Assembly (NCBI GenBank): GCA_963762565.1
Contig: CAVXLD010000005.1
Coordinates: 480,001-544,000 of the forward strand
Source: an uncultured Verrucomicrobiae bacterium
GTDB lineage: Bacteria > Verrucomicrobiota > Verrucomicrobiia > Chthoniobacterales > JAFAMB01
DNA length: 64,000 bases
Reading direction: 5' to 3'
Shown here: positions 20,004 through 30,599 of the stretch, piece by piece
Position numbering within the stretch: position 1 is the first letter of the stretch
Layout: each line of letters opens with the position of its first letter
The notes under the pieces: generated by a model
The model's database searches: none
Told to the model about the DNA's origin: nothing
What the model saw: the letters and a program-made list of their open reading frames with translations, nothing else
Made by a program: the position numbers and the translations under genes

Positions 20004-22295
20004 TCAAGTTGTTCCTGACCCTTTGATTTCTCTAGCGAGTACTGCTTCCGCCCGAGTCATCTCGGCCAGCGCTAGGTGGAAAGCGAGACTAGACTCAGCT
20101 CCTTGATTTTGATTAACGCGGTCCGAATGCAATGCATCGCGACAACCGCCGGTGCTCGAATCGTAGAGTGACTCTCCCAGATCGTTGCGACCGAGGAACC
20201 ATTCGAAGCAGCGACGTGCGGCCCGCTGCCAAATCAAGTCGCCGGTAAGCGAATACGCTTCAACACACGCGGCGATCATCGCGTAAGCTTCCAATGGCTG
20301 CTGATCAAAGCGCGCGCATTCATTGCCGCGGGTCCAGAAACCGTTACTGCCGATCGGCGCGAAATGATCTCCATTCGCCTTTTGCCGTTCCACTAACCAC
20401 CGAAGCGATCGCAATCCAATTTCCACGACATCACCTCGGGAAGTCCAATATCCGCTGAGTATCAGCGCCTGTGAAAGTCTCGCATTGTCGTAAGTCGCTA
20501 CCGGCTCAAACCACACCCAATCTTGCGAAGAATTGGTGCGAAACAACTCAACCAAGCGATTAGTGAGAACTTCACGCAATTGATTTGCGCTTCGATCGCC
20601 GGAGAAGGCGCGCAGATATTCCTGAATGGCGAGTAGGGTGAACGCCCATGCTCTCGGTGAGGTAAAATTCTCGACCGTCGGTAGTCCGCGTTGGAACAAG
20701 AGTGCGCAGAGATTACGGTGTCCTTCGTTCTTTGAGCGGCCGAGTGCAGTGCCGGTGGCCCAAAGCGCTCGCGCGTGGCTGTCTTCCGAGCCCTTTCGTT
20801 CCAGCCACTGTCGCTGGTGACTCATGAAATTGCGAAAACGACCAGTTTCTTGGTCGAAAGCGTGCCATAAGAACGCGAGGTAGACACTGGCCAGGCGTTC
20901 GAATTGCTGCTGAGTGGCGAGACTCGTTATCTCCTTCAGCAGCAACGTAAGGATGAAAGCACGCGCGTTATCGTCGGTACAATAGCCTTCCGCGAAGTTC
21001 GGAACGTTGAAGATCGCATGCTGAAAAATCCCGGTGTTGTCCGTCATTCGAAACAGGTGATCCAGTTTCAAAGGAGGCAACTCGTACGGGCGATTGTCCA
21101 GCGTTCGAGCTGCAAAAGCTTTTCGCGGAGGTACGCTCAAACTTGCCCTCGCACGTTCGAAGCTTTCCATGTGCCGCTCCGCGACAACTGGCCAGATCAT
21201 CTCCCGGCCCAGTTTCCATGCTTTTTTGCGGGTCGCGGTCATCAGGACCGGGTCGGAAAGAAATCGCTTCACCCCTTCAGTAATTGCCTTGGGGTCGGCA
21301 AATGGCACCAGAATACCACGATCCTCAGCGAGTAACTCTTTCGCGTGCCAGTAAGGCGTGGAGATGACTGCTTTGCCGGCGCCGAAAGTGTAAGCAAGCG
21401 CGCCGGAGGTAATCTGCGATTCGTTCAGATAAGGTGTGATGTAGATGTCGGCAGCACCGATGAATTCTTTCAATTCCTCTAGGGTAACAAAGCGATTATA
21501 AAAGATTACGTGAGACGCCACGTCGCGATCCTCTGCCAGACGTTCAAGCCTGAGCCGATACGACTCGCCCTCGCGCGCCATAACGTTGGGGTGGGTCGCG
21601 CCGAGAATGATATACACCACGTTAGGATACGCTTCGAGAATTGCCGGGAGGGCTTCGATCACGTGCTCGATCCCTTTGTTTGGTGATAGCAGGCCGAAGG
21701 TTAGTAGGACCGTTTTCCCCTCTACCCCAAACTGATCTTTGTTAAAGTTGGGATCGATGAATGGCATGTCCGGTATGCCATGGGGAATCACGTCGACCTT
21801 TTCGGAGGCTATGCCATAGATTTCCTGGAGAAAACTTTTGCCCCGATCGGCCATCACAATGAATCGGTTCGAGAGTTGATCGAGTTGCTTCATCAACGCC
21901 TGCTGATCGGGATTTGGTTCGCGCAAGATCGTGTGCAAGGTCGTGATTACCGGCATGTGCACGTCGCGCAAAAGAGCTAAAAGATGGCTGCCGGCCGGCC
22001 CGCCATAGATGCCAAACTCGTGTTGGACCGAGATTATCTCGACATTGTTGACATTGAGGAAATCAGCGGCACGGCGATAGGAGTCGAGTTCGTTTTCGTC
22101 GATCTCAAATCGGATCCGCGCCGGATAGTCGTAGCCTTCGGGTCGATCATTGACCGCGCCTACGACGCATTGACATTGCGGGAATTCCGTCGCAATGGCA
22201 TCACAAATGTCAGAGGTGAACGTAGCAATGCCGCAATGGCGTGGAAGGTGATCTCCGAGAAAAGCGATCTGCTTGATATTGGTAGCAATCTGCAT
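20004..22295 (-). CDS. GT4 glycosyltransferase fused to a C-terminal helical (six-hairpin-like) domain
   Basis: PRHCGIATF, QHEFGIYGG, FGLLSPNKG, SGALAY, then GYCTDDNARA...FDQQP.E...NQGAES. Confidence 0.9.
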   Translation of the reverse strand: MQIATNIKQIAFLGDHLPRHCGIATFTSDICDAIATEFPQCQCVVGAVNDRPEGYDYPARIRFEIDENELDSYRRAADFLNVNNVEIISVQHEFGIYGGPAGSHLLALLRDVHMPVITTLHTILREPNPDQQALMKQLDQLSNRFIVMADRGKSFLQEIYGIASEKVDVIPHGIPDMPFIDPNFNKDQFGVEGKTVLLTFGLLSPNKGIEHVIEALPAILEAYPNVVYIILGATHPNVMAREGESYRLRLERLAEDRDVASHVIFYNRFVTLEELKEFIGAADIYITPYLNESQITSGALAYTFGAGKAVISTPYWHAKELLAEDRGILVPFADPKAITEGVKRFLSDPVLMTATRKKAWKLGREMIWPVVAERHMESFERARASLSVPPRKAFAARTLDNRPYELPPLKLDHLFRMTDNTGIFQHAIFNVPNFAEGYCTDDNARAFILTLLLKEITSLATQQQFERLASVYLAFLWHAFDQETGRFRNFMSHQRQWLERKGSEDSHARALWATGTALGRSKNEGHRNLCALLFQRGLPTVENFTSPRAWAFTLLAIQEYLRAFSGDRSANQLREVLTNRLVELFRTNSSQDWVWFEPVATYDNARLSQALILSGYWTSRGDVVEIGLRSLRWLVERQKANGDHFAPIGSNGFWTRGNECARFDQQPLEAYAMIAACVEAYSLTGDLIWQRAARRCFEWFLGRNDLGESLYDSSTGGCRDALHSDRVNQNQGAESSLAFHLALAEMTRAEAVLAREIKGSGTT

Positions 22296-22560
22296 CGGTC
22301 TGTGAACGATCGGCTTTCACGCGTCTGCCGGATGCAGATGATTCGCCGCTACAATCTTGTGAACATGATCGCATGGATTAGCAGGTCCGTCGAGAAGCCC
22401 CCTTTGGATATCGAGAAATTGTTAGCCTCTTCCGATACTAGGCGACATCTCACCGATAGTGGTTTACTTTAGGCTTGGAATTTCGAATCTCCGCCGTTTC
22501 TTTCCAAAGCTGCTCGACCGAGCTAACCGTCAACTCGACGTAAATCGAAGTTCGGAGAAC

Positions 22561-22648
22561 TAGCCGCGCCCGACGCTACAACTAGTCGCGTCCGACGCTA
22601 CAGATGACCGCGACCGACGCTGAAAATAACCGCGACCGACCCTACGGC
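22561..22648 (+). repeat. Four tandem imperfect 22-bp repeats
   Basis: TAGCCGCGCCCGACGCTACAAC / TAGTCGCGTCCGACGCTACAGA / TGACCGCGACCGACGCTGAAAA / TAACCGCGACCGACCCTACGGC. Confidence 0.85.
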
Positions 22649-22691
22649 GACTCGAAAATACTAAAAGGCGCCTTACGCCGAGAAGGACAAA

Positions 22692-24134
22692 ATGAATGAA
22701 GCACTAAATAAGAACAACGAGGTTTTTCTAAGCGGCCCTGGAGGAAAGGATAGCGCGCGCAACATCGGTGACTTTTTCTATGATTTAAAACCGGCTCGGG
22801 ACGCGGGTGTTGGTCTGACAGAGGAAACCATCGACTACATTGTCGACGTAAAAGAGGAACCGGAATGGTTGCGCGAGTTCCGTAAAAATGCTTTCGAAGT
22901 CTTCAAGAGCAAACCACTACCCACACATTGGGCAGGCGACGAGCTCAAGGAAATAAATTTCGACCTGATTCGCTACTATCTTGCTTCCGGCGATGCAACC
23001 AAACGGACCTGGGATGAAGTTCCGGACAAGATTAAACAGACATTCGAACGCCTGGGTATTCCCGAGAACGAACGGAAGTTCCTTGCGGGAGTCGAAGCCC
23101 AATTCGATAGCGAGGCGGTCTACTCGAATATCAAGAAGGCCGTTTCTGACCAGGGCGTTGTTTTTATGGGTAGTACCGAAGCTCTCAAGGAGCGGCCCGA
23201 TCTGTTCAGAAAATGGTTCGGAAAGGTCATCCCCACCGCTGATAATAAATTCAGCGCCCTTAATAGTGCCGTTTTCAGTGGTGGTAGTTTTATCTATGTT
23301 CCACCGGGAGTGAAAGTAAAGCATCCTCTGCAAGCCTATTTCCGGATCAATGCCGAGAACTTTGGCCAGTTCGAGCGCACGTTAATCATAGCGGACGAAG
23401 GTTCTGAGGTTATGTACATGGAAGGGTGTACTGCGCCGAATTTCACAACGGCGACGCTTCACTCTGCAGTGGTGGAATTGGTCGCCCTTCCTCGAGCTAA
23501 GATCCAGTATGTAACGGTCCAGAACTGGTCAGCGAACGTGTTTAACCTGGTTACAAAACGGGGATTGGCGATGGAGGAAGCTGAAATCAAGTGGATCGAT
23601 TGTAACATCGGATCACGCTTGACGATGAAGTATCCCAGTGTCGTGCTCAAAGGACGCAAAGCCCGCGGCGAGGTGATCAGTATCGCCCTGGCGGGTGATG
23701 GCCAGCACCAGGACACGGGCGCGAAAATGATCCACGCGGCCGATGAGACCACTAGCAACATTGTTTCCAAGAGCATCAGCGTTGGTAAAGGGCGCGCGAC
23801 CTATCGCGGCCTGGTTCATATCCCGAAACAGCTTAAAGGTTGTAAGAACAATACCGAATGTGATGCGCTCTTAATCAACTCCACCAGCCGGACCGATACT
23901 TATCCGGCCATCACAGTCCGCGGTACCAGCAACACGACTCAGCACGAGGCTTCAGTCAGTCAAATTGGCGCCGAGCAGATTTTCTATATGCAGCAGCGTG
24001 GCCTAACCAAGGGTCAGTCGATGAGTCTCGCAGTAAACGGATTTGTAAACGACTTAGTCAGACAATTTCCTATGGAATATAGTGTTGAGCTAAAGCGGCT
24101 GATCGACCTCGAGATGGAGGGTTCGGTTGGTTAG
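22692..24134 (+). CDS. sufB: Fe-S cluster assembly protein SufB
   Basis: [47 protein letters not shown]-terminal EMEGSVG. Confidence 0.96.
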   Translation: MNEALNKNNEVFLSGPGGKDSARNIGDFFYDLKPARDAGVGLTEETIDYIVDVKEEPEWLREFRKNAFEVFKSKPLPTHWAGDELKEINFDLIRYYLASGDATKRTWDEVPDKIKQTFERLGIPENERKFLAGVEAQFDSEAVYSNIKKAVSDQGVVFMGSTEALKERPDLFRKWFGKVIPTADNKFSALNSAVFSGGSFIYVPPGVKVKHPLQAYFRINAENFGQFERTLIIADEGSEVMYMEGCTAPNFTTATLHSAVVELVALPRAKIQYVTVQNWSANVFNLVTKRGLAMEEAEIKWIDCNIGSRLTMKYPSVVLKGRKARGEVISIALAGDGQHQDTGAKMIHAADETTSNIVSKSISVGKGRATYRGLVHIPKQLKGCKNNTECDALLINSTSRTDTYPAITVRGTSNTTQHEASVSQIGAEQIFYMQQRGLTKGQSMSLAVNGFVNDLVRQFPMEYSVELKRLIDLEMEGSVG

Positions 24135-24179
24135 GGGTTCCCACTGGAACATCGCTTTTTGTGCTCGTCAGCCGTTGTC

Positions 24180-24216
24180 ATACCGCAAACAGACGGAAAC
24201 GCTTCGGAAAGAGTAT
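24180..24216 (+). promoter_or_regulatory. 37-bp box (ATAC-N29-GTAT)
   Basis: ATACcgcaaacAGACggaaacgCTTCggaaagaGTAT. Confidence 0.7.
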
Positions 24217-24283
24217 GGTGAGAAGGGGATGAAATCGGCCGAGGTTTCCTGGCGGTAGGTCGGTGGGAACTGTTAAGGCATTT

Positions 24284-24619
24284 ATGAACAAAAAAAACGA
24301 TATGGAAGAAACACCAGACTATCTGAACGGCAGCGTAACGGCTGGCGTCGTGGACAAAAAAATGGAAACAGATAAAATTGATCCTGCCGCGGGAAATGTA
24401 TTGCAGGGCGAGCAGGCAGGAGTCGAGAGCGTCGGGATCGAGGCTGAACCGAAAGGACAGACGTTTGCGTCGAGGATTGGAAGACACCGCCCATCGTTAT
24501 CCGCAATCCTAGCGACGTTGGTCGCAGTCAGCTTAGTGAGTCTATTCGTTTTCGCTGGCAGCGTGACATCTTTCTTCTCAGGCGGCAGAAAATCAGCAAG
24601 TCGCCGGCGGCGCAGATGA
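24284..24619 (+). CDS. Hypothetical protein with C-terminal TM and basic tail
   Basis: Acidic N-terminus, one TM, RRRR end; preceded by a box. Confidence 0.55.
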   Translation: MNKKNDMEETPDYLNGSVTAGVVDKKMETDKIDPAAGNVLQGEQAGVESVGIEAEPKGQTFASRIGRHRPSLSAILATLVAVSLVSLFVFAGSVTSFFSGGRKSASRRRRR

Positions 24620-24641
24620 TAACTATGAACAATTTCACCCC

Positions 24642-24693
24642 AGGAGCTAGGAGCTAGGAGCTAGGTGCTAGGAGCTAGAATCTAGGAGCTAGG
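24642..24693 (+). repeat. Heptamer tandem repeat (AGGAGCT)x7
   Basis: Read directly; two variant units. Confidence 0.9.
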
Positions 24694-24795
24694 AGGGCGC
24701 ATACGCGCGACAAAGATGAGCAGACGTTAAGCGAGGAGAAGGTTCGCATCTCTTAGTTGCGTTGCGGCTCCGTTCGTTGGGCGATGTCACCAGTC

Positions 24796-25629
24796 TCAGA
24801 AGGCTCCGTTTGGGAGACCTGGATTGATCTCCTCTGTGACAACGCTAAAACTCTCCAGCAGATGTTGACCGAATACTACGGTGATAGGAACGTCGCCGGC
24901 GTCGCGCCCGCGGGCGATTAGGGTCCGGCCAACGCGGCGGCGGTTATGTCGCGCGTCGAAGGTGTGCCAATGGCCGCCCAGATAGGCTTCGAACCAGGCG
25001 CTAAAATCCATCGGACCGGGTACCGCAGGGACGCCAATGTCACCGAGATAGCCTGTGGCGTAGCGCGCCGGAATATTAAGGCAGCGGCATAAGGTAATCG
25101 CTAGATGGGTAAAATCGCGACAGACGCCAACCCGCTCGCGGAAAGCGTCGAGACCGGTGCGATTAGCGCGAGCCGCCTGGTAATCGAAGCGGAGGTGGGC
25201 GTGGACGAAGTCGCAAATGGCCTGCACACGCGGCCATCCAGTTGGAGTCTGGCCAAACGTTCGCCAGGCGAAATCCAGCAGTTCGGTATCACCATCGCAG
25301 TAGCGGCTGGGTAGGAGAAATGATAGCGTCTCCACTGGCGTCTCGCGAACGTCGAGCTGCGGCGCCTCGGGTGCGTAAGCGTCCAGTTCGCCGGGATCGC
25401 GAATGATAGCGTCATTCAGAAAACGAATCACTCCCGCACGGGCATTGACGCGGCCGCATTGGTTGCCGAAACCATCGAAATAGTTTTCGACGGGCAAGGC
25501 CGGCTCGATCCGGAAATTTTCGGGCGTGACCAGGTCGGCTTTGCGCGAGGGATGCACGTGGAGTACGTAGAGTACCGCGGTGGGAGAAGCGAGACGGAGC
25601 GCAATATTGTAGCCGATCCTGATGAGCAT
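24796..25629 (-). CDS. Transglutaminase-like protein
   Basis: GVCRDFTHL, PARYATGYL, DFSAWFE, FDARHN, GRDAGDV. Confidence 0.9.
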   Translation of the reverse strand: MLIRIGYNIALRLASPTAVLYVLHVHPSRKADLVTPENFRIEPALPVENYFDGFGNQCGRVNARAGVIRFLNDAIIRDPGELDAYAPEAPQLDVRETPVETLSFLLPSRYCDGDTELLDFAWRTFGQTPTGWPRVQAICDFVHAHLRFDYQAARANRTGLDAFRERVGVCRDFTHLAITLCRCLNIPARYATGYLGDIGVPAVPGPMDFSAWFEAYLGGHWHTFDARHNRRRVGRTLIARGRDAGDVPITVVFGQHLLESFSVVTEEINPGLPNGAF

Positions 25630-25700
25630 ATTATGCGGAGCCCTGATTCATGGTGAAGTAGTCAGATGACCAGTGTCGCCCGGCTCGATCAACTTCTCCC

Positions 25701-25738
25701 ATACTCCTTTCGACGGACCTACAGCGGCCTTTGTGTAT
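25701..25738 (-). promoter_or_regulatory. Box variant (ATAC-N30-GTAT) upstream of the transglutaminase
   Basis: Perfect ends, shared GTATgggagaa flank, 1-nt longer spacer. Confidence 0.55.
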
Positions 25739-25771
25739 GACGATGCGAGAATAGCATGAAGCTCATCGAGC

Positions 25772-26107
25772 TTAACAAAGCGGGGGTTCAGCCGGCAGGA
25801 GTTTCGCAACCCTAGCCTGACGCCAAATGTCTTCGATCGCCTCTAACATCAGCTCGGGATCGCGCGATCTCGCGGCGATTTCTTCTCGTTCGGCGGAAAG
25901 ATGATGGAGAGAATGGTTCCAGGTCTCGGTCCATTCGTCCGGTCCTTCCGAGAGACCCCCTTGCCACTTCAAAAACAGTTTACCAAAGAGCTCTTCGTCT
26001 CCGTCGTCCGCAACGGCTCTAATATCGGTGAGTTCGACAACCACCCAGCTGTCGGTTTGTCTAAGCTCTGAATAGAATCGAGCATTAGCCTTCTTTTTCT
26101 GTTTCAT
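25772..26107 (-). CDS. Hypothetical protein
   Basis: ATG with GGAGG RBS upstream. Confidence 0.55.
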   Translation of the reverse strand: MKQKKKANARFYSELRQTDSWVVVELTDIRAVADDGDEELFGKLFLKWQGGLSEGPDEWTETWNHSLHHLSAEREEIAARSRDPELMLEAIEDIWRQARVAKLLPAEPPLC

Positions 26108-26271
26108 ACAACCTCCAATGTACACCCCTCCCGGCTAAGTCGACGGTTTTAATTTGGGTGTGTTCTTGAGTTTCTCTCGACGTCCCGACGTGGGGTTCAG
26201 AATTCCTACCTTGGGGTAATCTCGTGCTTTCGGAGGTATTGGCTAGCAGTCGGCCGAGAACGTTCTTAGTG

Positions 26272-26308
26272 AGACTTAAAGGCAACAGTAACTCATCGTT
26301 AACAGTAT
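26272..26308 (+). promoter_or_regulatory. 37-bp box (AGAC-N29-GTAT)
   Basis: Conserved in the duplicate at 36727-36763. Confidence 0.65.
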
Positions 26309-26360
26309 AGGAGAAGCCGACGCACTGGGTCGATGCTAGCCATCGAAAGAACCAAAAAGT

Positions 26361-26507
26361 ATGCTTTGGACAATAGCCATTATTTTAATTGTGCTCTGGG
26401 CCTTAGGCCTATTCACTCACGTCGCAGGTGGACTGATCCATTTACTCTTAGTCATCGCCCTCATTGTGATTGTGATCAACCTGGTCCGCGGGCGGCGAGT
26501 TTTGTGA
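26361..26507 (+). CDS. lmo0937/DUF5670-family 48-aa membrane protein, copy 1 (absent from ORF track)
   Basis: MLWTIAIILIVLWALGLFTHVAGGLIHLLLVIALIVIVINLVRGRRVL. Confidence 0.88.
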   Translation: MLWTIAIILIVLWALGLFTHVAGGLIHLLLVIALIVIVINLVRGRRVL

Positions 26508-26564
26508 CTGATTGAACTGCGCGAACAGCATGGACTGTTGGAATAATAAGCGGGTTGGGACCGC

Positions 26565-26882
26565 TCACAATACGCCAACCCCGAGGATTTTTTCGCCGGG
26601 TAGGTATGCGTCGATCTGAATGGTATCGCCGGCCCTTACCTGAGGGTCAGAGAACAACTCGAATTCGACGAGCCCATTTAATCCCACCGTGTACTTTTTA
26701 GAGGCAATGCTCTTCAGAGACTCGCGAAGTTCAACTTCATAGACCGCCTCCGGCTCAGGATATGAAACCCGCATGCGCCAAAGCTCAATGAGGGTGTCTT
26801 TGCTTTGGTCGTCCGACTTATCTCTCGTTCGGTAAGGCAGCGATTTCAGGATACTTAAAACTTTGGCGTTGAGAGTTTTCAT
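26565..26882 (-). CDS. Hypothetical protein
   Basis: ATGA overlap with the CBS gene. Confidence 0.6.
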   Translation of the reverse strand: MKTLNAKVLSILKSLPYRTRDKSDDQSKDTLIELWRMRVSYPEPEAVYEVELRESLKSIASKKYTVGLNGLVEFELFSDPQVRAGDTIQIDAYLPGEKILGVGVL

Positions 26883-27301
26883 CGCTTTTGTTCTCGGGCG
26901 ATATCTTCGAGCGTGACCATGCCGACCATTCGCCTTTCACGAGTTAATACGGGCAGTTGGGTGAGATTGCTTAAATGCATCAACCTTTCGGCTTCGGCGA
27001 GGGTTTGGTCTTCAAAGCAATAGACTGTCTCCTGATTCAGCTCCGCATGCGTGCGTTCGACCTTGGGGTCGTGTCCGAAACCACCGACTTTCCGGTTAAG
27101 CTCACTCTCGGACACCGTGCCGATTAACTGGCCATTCTGATCGGTCACAGGAGATGACGTGATCCTTTCAGATCGGAGCTGATCACAAGCTTCCTGGACT
27201 GAAGCCTCGGGGCGCAAAGTTTTTGCCACGCGCTGCACCAGATCTTTAAGCGTCTTTGGCGCAGATTCTTCGGCCTGGTTGACGGGAGATGTATTTTTCA
27301 T
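26879..27301 (-). CDS. CBS-domain protein
   Basis: PVTDQNGQLIGTVSESEL and LPVL...MVGMVTLEDI. Confidence 0.85.
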   Translation of the reverse strand: MKNTSPVNQAEESAPKTLKDLVQRVAKTLRPEASVQEACDQLRSERITSSPVTDQNGQLIGTVSESELNRKVGGFGHDPKVERTHAELNQETVYCFEDQTLAEAERLMHLSNLTQLPVLTRERRMVGMVTLEDIAREQKR

Positions 27302-27486
27302 AATGGTCAGCTTACTAGCTCGCTCTGACCCAAGAACTTCGACCCATCAGTGCGGTCCGAAGAAACCCGCGAAGTCGCGGGCCGGGCCCGGCTGGCTTCC
27401 ATCTAAGGTCATGCTCCCGGTTTGTCGTCGCTAGACAATCGGCGAGCTAACATAGGGAGTCTCGTTCGGAGCGATCAGTCTCTGCC

Positions 27487-27523
27487 ATACCTAGCGCGAA
27501 GAGTTACAGTTGCTTTCGGGTAT
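27487..27523 (-). promoter_or_regulatory. 37-bp box (ATAC-N29-GTAT) upstream of the CBS gene
   Basis: Reverse complement reads ATACccgaaagCAACtgtaactCTTCgcgctagGTAT. Confidence 0.7.
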
Positions 27524-27579
27524 GACAAAGGCGAAAACGGCATCGACCGTTGCCTCTGGGACGTTCAGGGTTCCGCAGA

Positions 27580-30204
27580 TTATAACCACGACTTGCGCAT
27601 CAGCCACATTTTCACGATTTGAGTAAGGATAACGTAGCAGAGCAGGGTAACGAAAAGAATTGGCCAATACAGCGGTGGCAAATGCGTGAAGCCCAGAACA
27701 GCGGCGAGGGGCGAGTAGGGGAGCCACATGCCAATGCAAATAATCACGAGCGTCGTGATCGTCAGAGGCCAGCTCGCCCGGCCCTGAAGAAAAGGGATTT
27801 TTTTGGTGCGAATCACGTGGATTATCAGGGTTTGCGTGATCAGCGATTCTACGAACCAGCCAGTCTGGAAAACCGGGGCACGGGACGGGTCCCAACAACC
27901 GAACAGGTACAGCATCACAAAGTAAGTTGTATAGTCAAAAATCGAGCTGATCGGGCCGATACAGAGGATAAACTTGGTAATCTGACCAATCTCCCAACGG
28001 CGTGGTTTCGCGGTCTCCTCTAGCCCAACGTTATCGGTCGGAATAGGAACCTGCGAAAAGTCGTAAAGAAGATTGTTGGTGAGCACTTGCAAGGGCGCCA
28101 TCGGCACATAGGGCAGGAAGGCACTGGCGCCAAGAACGCTGAACATGTTGCCGAAGTTGGAACTTGCTCCCATACGAATGTATTTGAGGATATTGACGAA
28201 AACCTTCCTGCCTTCAATCACGCCCTCCTCGAGTACCATCAGGCTCTTCTCCAGCAGAATCACCGTAGCTAATTCCTTCGCGATATCGACGCCGCTATCC
28301 ACAGAAATACCCACATCCGCTACCCGCAGTGCGGGTGCGTCATTGATGCCATCGCCCATAAATCCTACTACGTGCTGTTTCTGCTGTAGAACGCGGATGA
28401 TTCGTTGTTTGTGAGCCGGTGAGACGCGGGCGAAGACGTGGACCCGTTCTGCGCTCACAGCCAGTTCTTCATCTGTCATGGTTTCGACCTGACTTCCCAG
28501 GACTAGTTGATCGACCGGGAGACCGACTTCGTGACAGATCTTTCGCGTCACGAGATCATTGTCACCGGTCAGTACCTTAACGGTAACCCCGATTTTTCTA
28601 AGGGCTGCTATTGCCATTGGGGCTGTCTCTTTGGGTGGATCGAGGAAAGCGACGTAGCCCTTAAGAATCAATTCGGATTCGTCATCCTTGGAATAGGCAG
28701 AGCGCGGCTCGAGATGCTTATAAGCGACAGCTAGAACGCGAAAACCGTCGCTGCTGAGCTCCTGATATTGATTCATTAAATCACCGACGAGGATAGGCTC
28801 CATCGGGTGAATCTTGCCCTCCAATTCGTAGAAACTACAGCGCGGGAAAACCGATTCTGGTGCGCCCTTCGTCAGCAAGCGATGATCTTTCTCGGGCGTC
28901 TCTACGACTACCGACATCATTCGACGAGAGAAATCGAATGGGATCTCATCGATCTTACGGGATTTTTCAATTGGGAACTTTTCATGGACCTCCCGGTACT
29001 TCAGCACGGCGCGGTCGAGCACATTTCTTAGACCTGTCTGAAAATGGGCGATTAGATAGGCGTCGAGTAGAACGTCATCGCTCTCCTTCTGCATCACGTC
29101 GCAAAAGCGTTCGAGAATCACGCGGTCAAGGGTGAGCGTACCGGTTTTGTCCGTGCAAAGCACGTCCATGGCGCCCAGATTTTGGATAGAGTTGAGACGC
29201 TTAACGATTACCTTTTTCTTCGACATCGCTAGCGCACCATTCGATAAGCACACAGAGACGATCATCGGCAGCATCTCCGGGGTTAGCCCAACAGCGACCG
29301 CGATAGAGAAAAAGAAGGCCTCTGCCCAATTATGTTTGGTGAGGCCGTTGATCAGGAAAACCAGTGGCACCATTACCAGGATAAATTGGATCATCAGGAC
29401 GGTGAACCGATGCAGGCCTCTATCGAAACTAGTTGTTGTCTCAGGCCCCAGAATACTGCTGGCCATTCGTCCGAAGTAGGTCTGCCCTCCTGTCGCAACC
29501 ACTACCGCCGTCGCGCTACCGCTCTCGACGCTTGTCCCGAGGAAGCAGACATTGGCTAGTTCCAACGGCGAGACGCCTTCCCTTAGCTCTCGAGCATCGA
29601 GTTTTTCTACCGGCAACGACTCGCCGGTGAGTGCAGCTTGCGCAACGAAAAGGTCTCTTGCCGCAATCAATCGAATGTCCCCGGGGATCATGTCGCCGGC
29701 GCACAGGTTGATGACATCGCCAGGAACCAACTCTTTGAGGGGAATCTCTTCTTCCTGGCCGTCGCGGACGACTGCCGCGGTCACACTGATCATCGCTTTT
29801 AGTTTTGCGGCGGCGGCATCCGCTCGTGACTCCTGCACAAAACGCAACGCCACGCCAAGCATCAACATCAGTGTCATCACAGTGCCGCCGCTGAAATCAC
29901 CTGTAGCGAAGGACACACTTGCCAGGACGGCGAGCAGAATTACCAAGAGGTTGCGCGTCGCTTTGAAAAGCCGCCATAACCAACCCCGCTGCTTCTCCAT
30001 AGCGACAGCGTTGGGCCCATGTTTAATCAGACGTTCTTCCGCTTCGGTCTGAGTCAGGCCGCCTGGCGAAGTCTTCAACTTGGTGAAGACGTCGCCCTTT
30101 TCCCAATACGCTGATTCCGTCAGAATTGGCGAAACGCCAATAGAGGCAGCCATTGGTTTCGTCCTGGGCTGATGATCAGGCGGAATCTGGAGATTTGAAA
30201 TCAT
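27580..30204 (-). CDS. mgtA: Mg2+-translocating P-type ATPase
   Basis: TGES, GLTPEMLP, DKTGTLT, GDGIND, SSNFGNMFS, FQTGWFVES. Confidence 0.93.
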   Translation of the reverse strand: MISNLQIPPDHQPRTKPMAASIGVSPILTESAYWEKGDVFTKLKTSPGGLTQTEAEERLIKHGPNAVAMEKQRGWLWRLFKATRNLLVILLAVLASVSFATGDFSGGTVMTLMLMLGVALRFVQESRADAAAAKLKAMISVTAAVVRDGQEEEIPLKELVPGDVINLCAGDMIPGDIRLIAARDLFVAQAALTGESLPVEKLDARELREGVSPLELANVCFLGTSVESGSATAVVVATGGQTYFGRMASSILGPETTTSFDRGLHRFTVLMIQFILVMVPLVFLINGLTKHNWAEAFFFSIAVAVGLTPEMLPMIVSVCLSNGALAMSKKKVIVKRLNSIQNLGAMDVLCTDKTGTLTLDRVILERFCDVMQKESDDVLLDAYLIAHFQTGLRNVLDRAVLKYREVHEKFPIEKSRKIDEIPFDFSRRMMSVVVETPEKDHRLLTKGAPESVFPRCSFYELEGKIHPMEPILVGDLMNQYQELSSDGFRVLAVAYKHLEPRSAYSKDDESELILKGYVAFLDPPKETAPMAIAALRKIGVTVKVLTGDNDLVTRKICHEVGLPVDQLVLGSQVETMTDEELAVSAERVHVFARVSPAHKQRIIRVLQQKQHVVGFMGDGINDAPALRVADVGISVDSGVDIAKELATVILLEKSLMVLEEGVIEGRKVFVNILKYIRMGASSNFGNMFSVLGASAFLPYVPMAPLQVLTNNLLYDFSQVPIPTDNVGLEETAKPRRWEIGQITKFILCIGPISSIFDYTTYFVMLYLFGCWDPSRAPVFQTGWFVESLITQTLIIHVIRTKKIPFLQGRASWPLTITTLVIICIGMWLPYSPLAAVLGFTHLPPLYWPILFVTLLCYVILTQIVKMWLMRKSWL

Positions 30205-30599
30205 TCCCGGTCGCTGTGAGCTCTTCGTCGCTAGTTGGTTTGACGACTCCTTTCGAAGAGTCCGCCTGTAATGTGAGAACCTCAGCCTCGCCTCATCTCA
30301 TCCGGGCCTCCCATATTTTTTTGAACGCCTAACGGGAGCGTTTTGTATATGGCGCAGACCCTGGCGACGCGGCGAAAATGGCGAGTGGGCGTGTGGGGGC
30401 GACAGGGCGAAGGAAAGCCCTCCACCGGTAGGGCGAAAAACTCGGCGCGCCGACGATTCGAATGCCCGCCTCACTGTTCGTGCGGGTTGGCAAAAGTTTC
30501 GGAAGATTGCCGTTCCCCCTGAAGAAAACAACGGATCATAAATAACTTCGATAGTAGACGACGTTGGATTGAAAATGTGCTACCTTGGTTTTGTCAAAG

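Noticed and set aside
22435..22471. 37-bp box upstream of GT4 copy 1
   Set aside because: Only the ATAC half matches; the interior and far end do not.
22561..22648. CRISPR array
   Set aside because: Units are contiguous with no unique spacers, and there are no cas genes.
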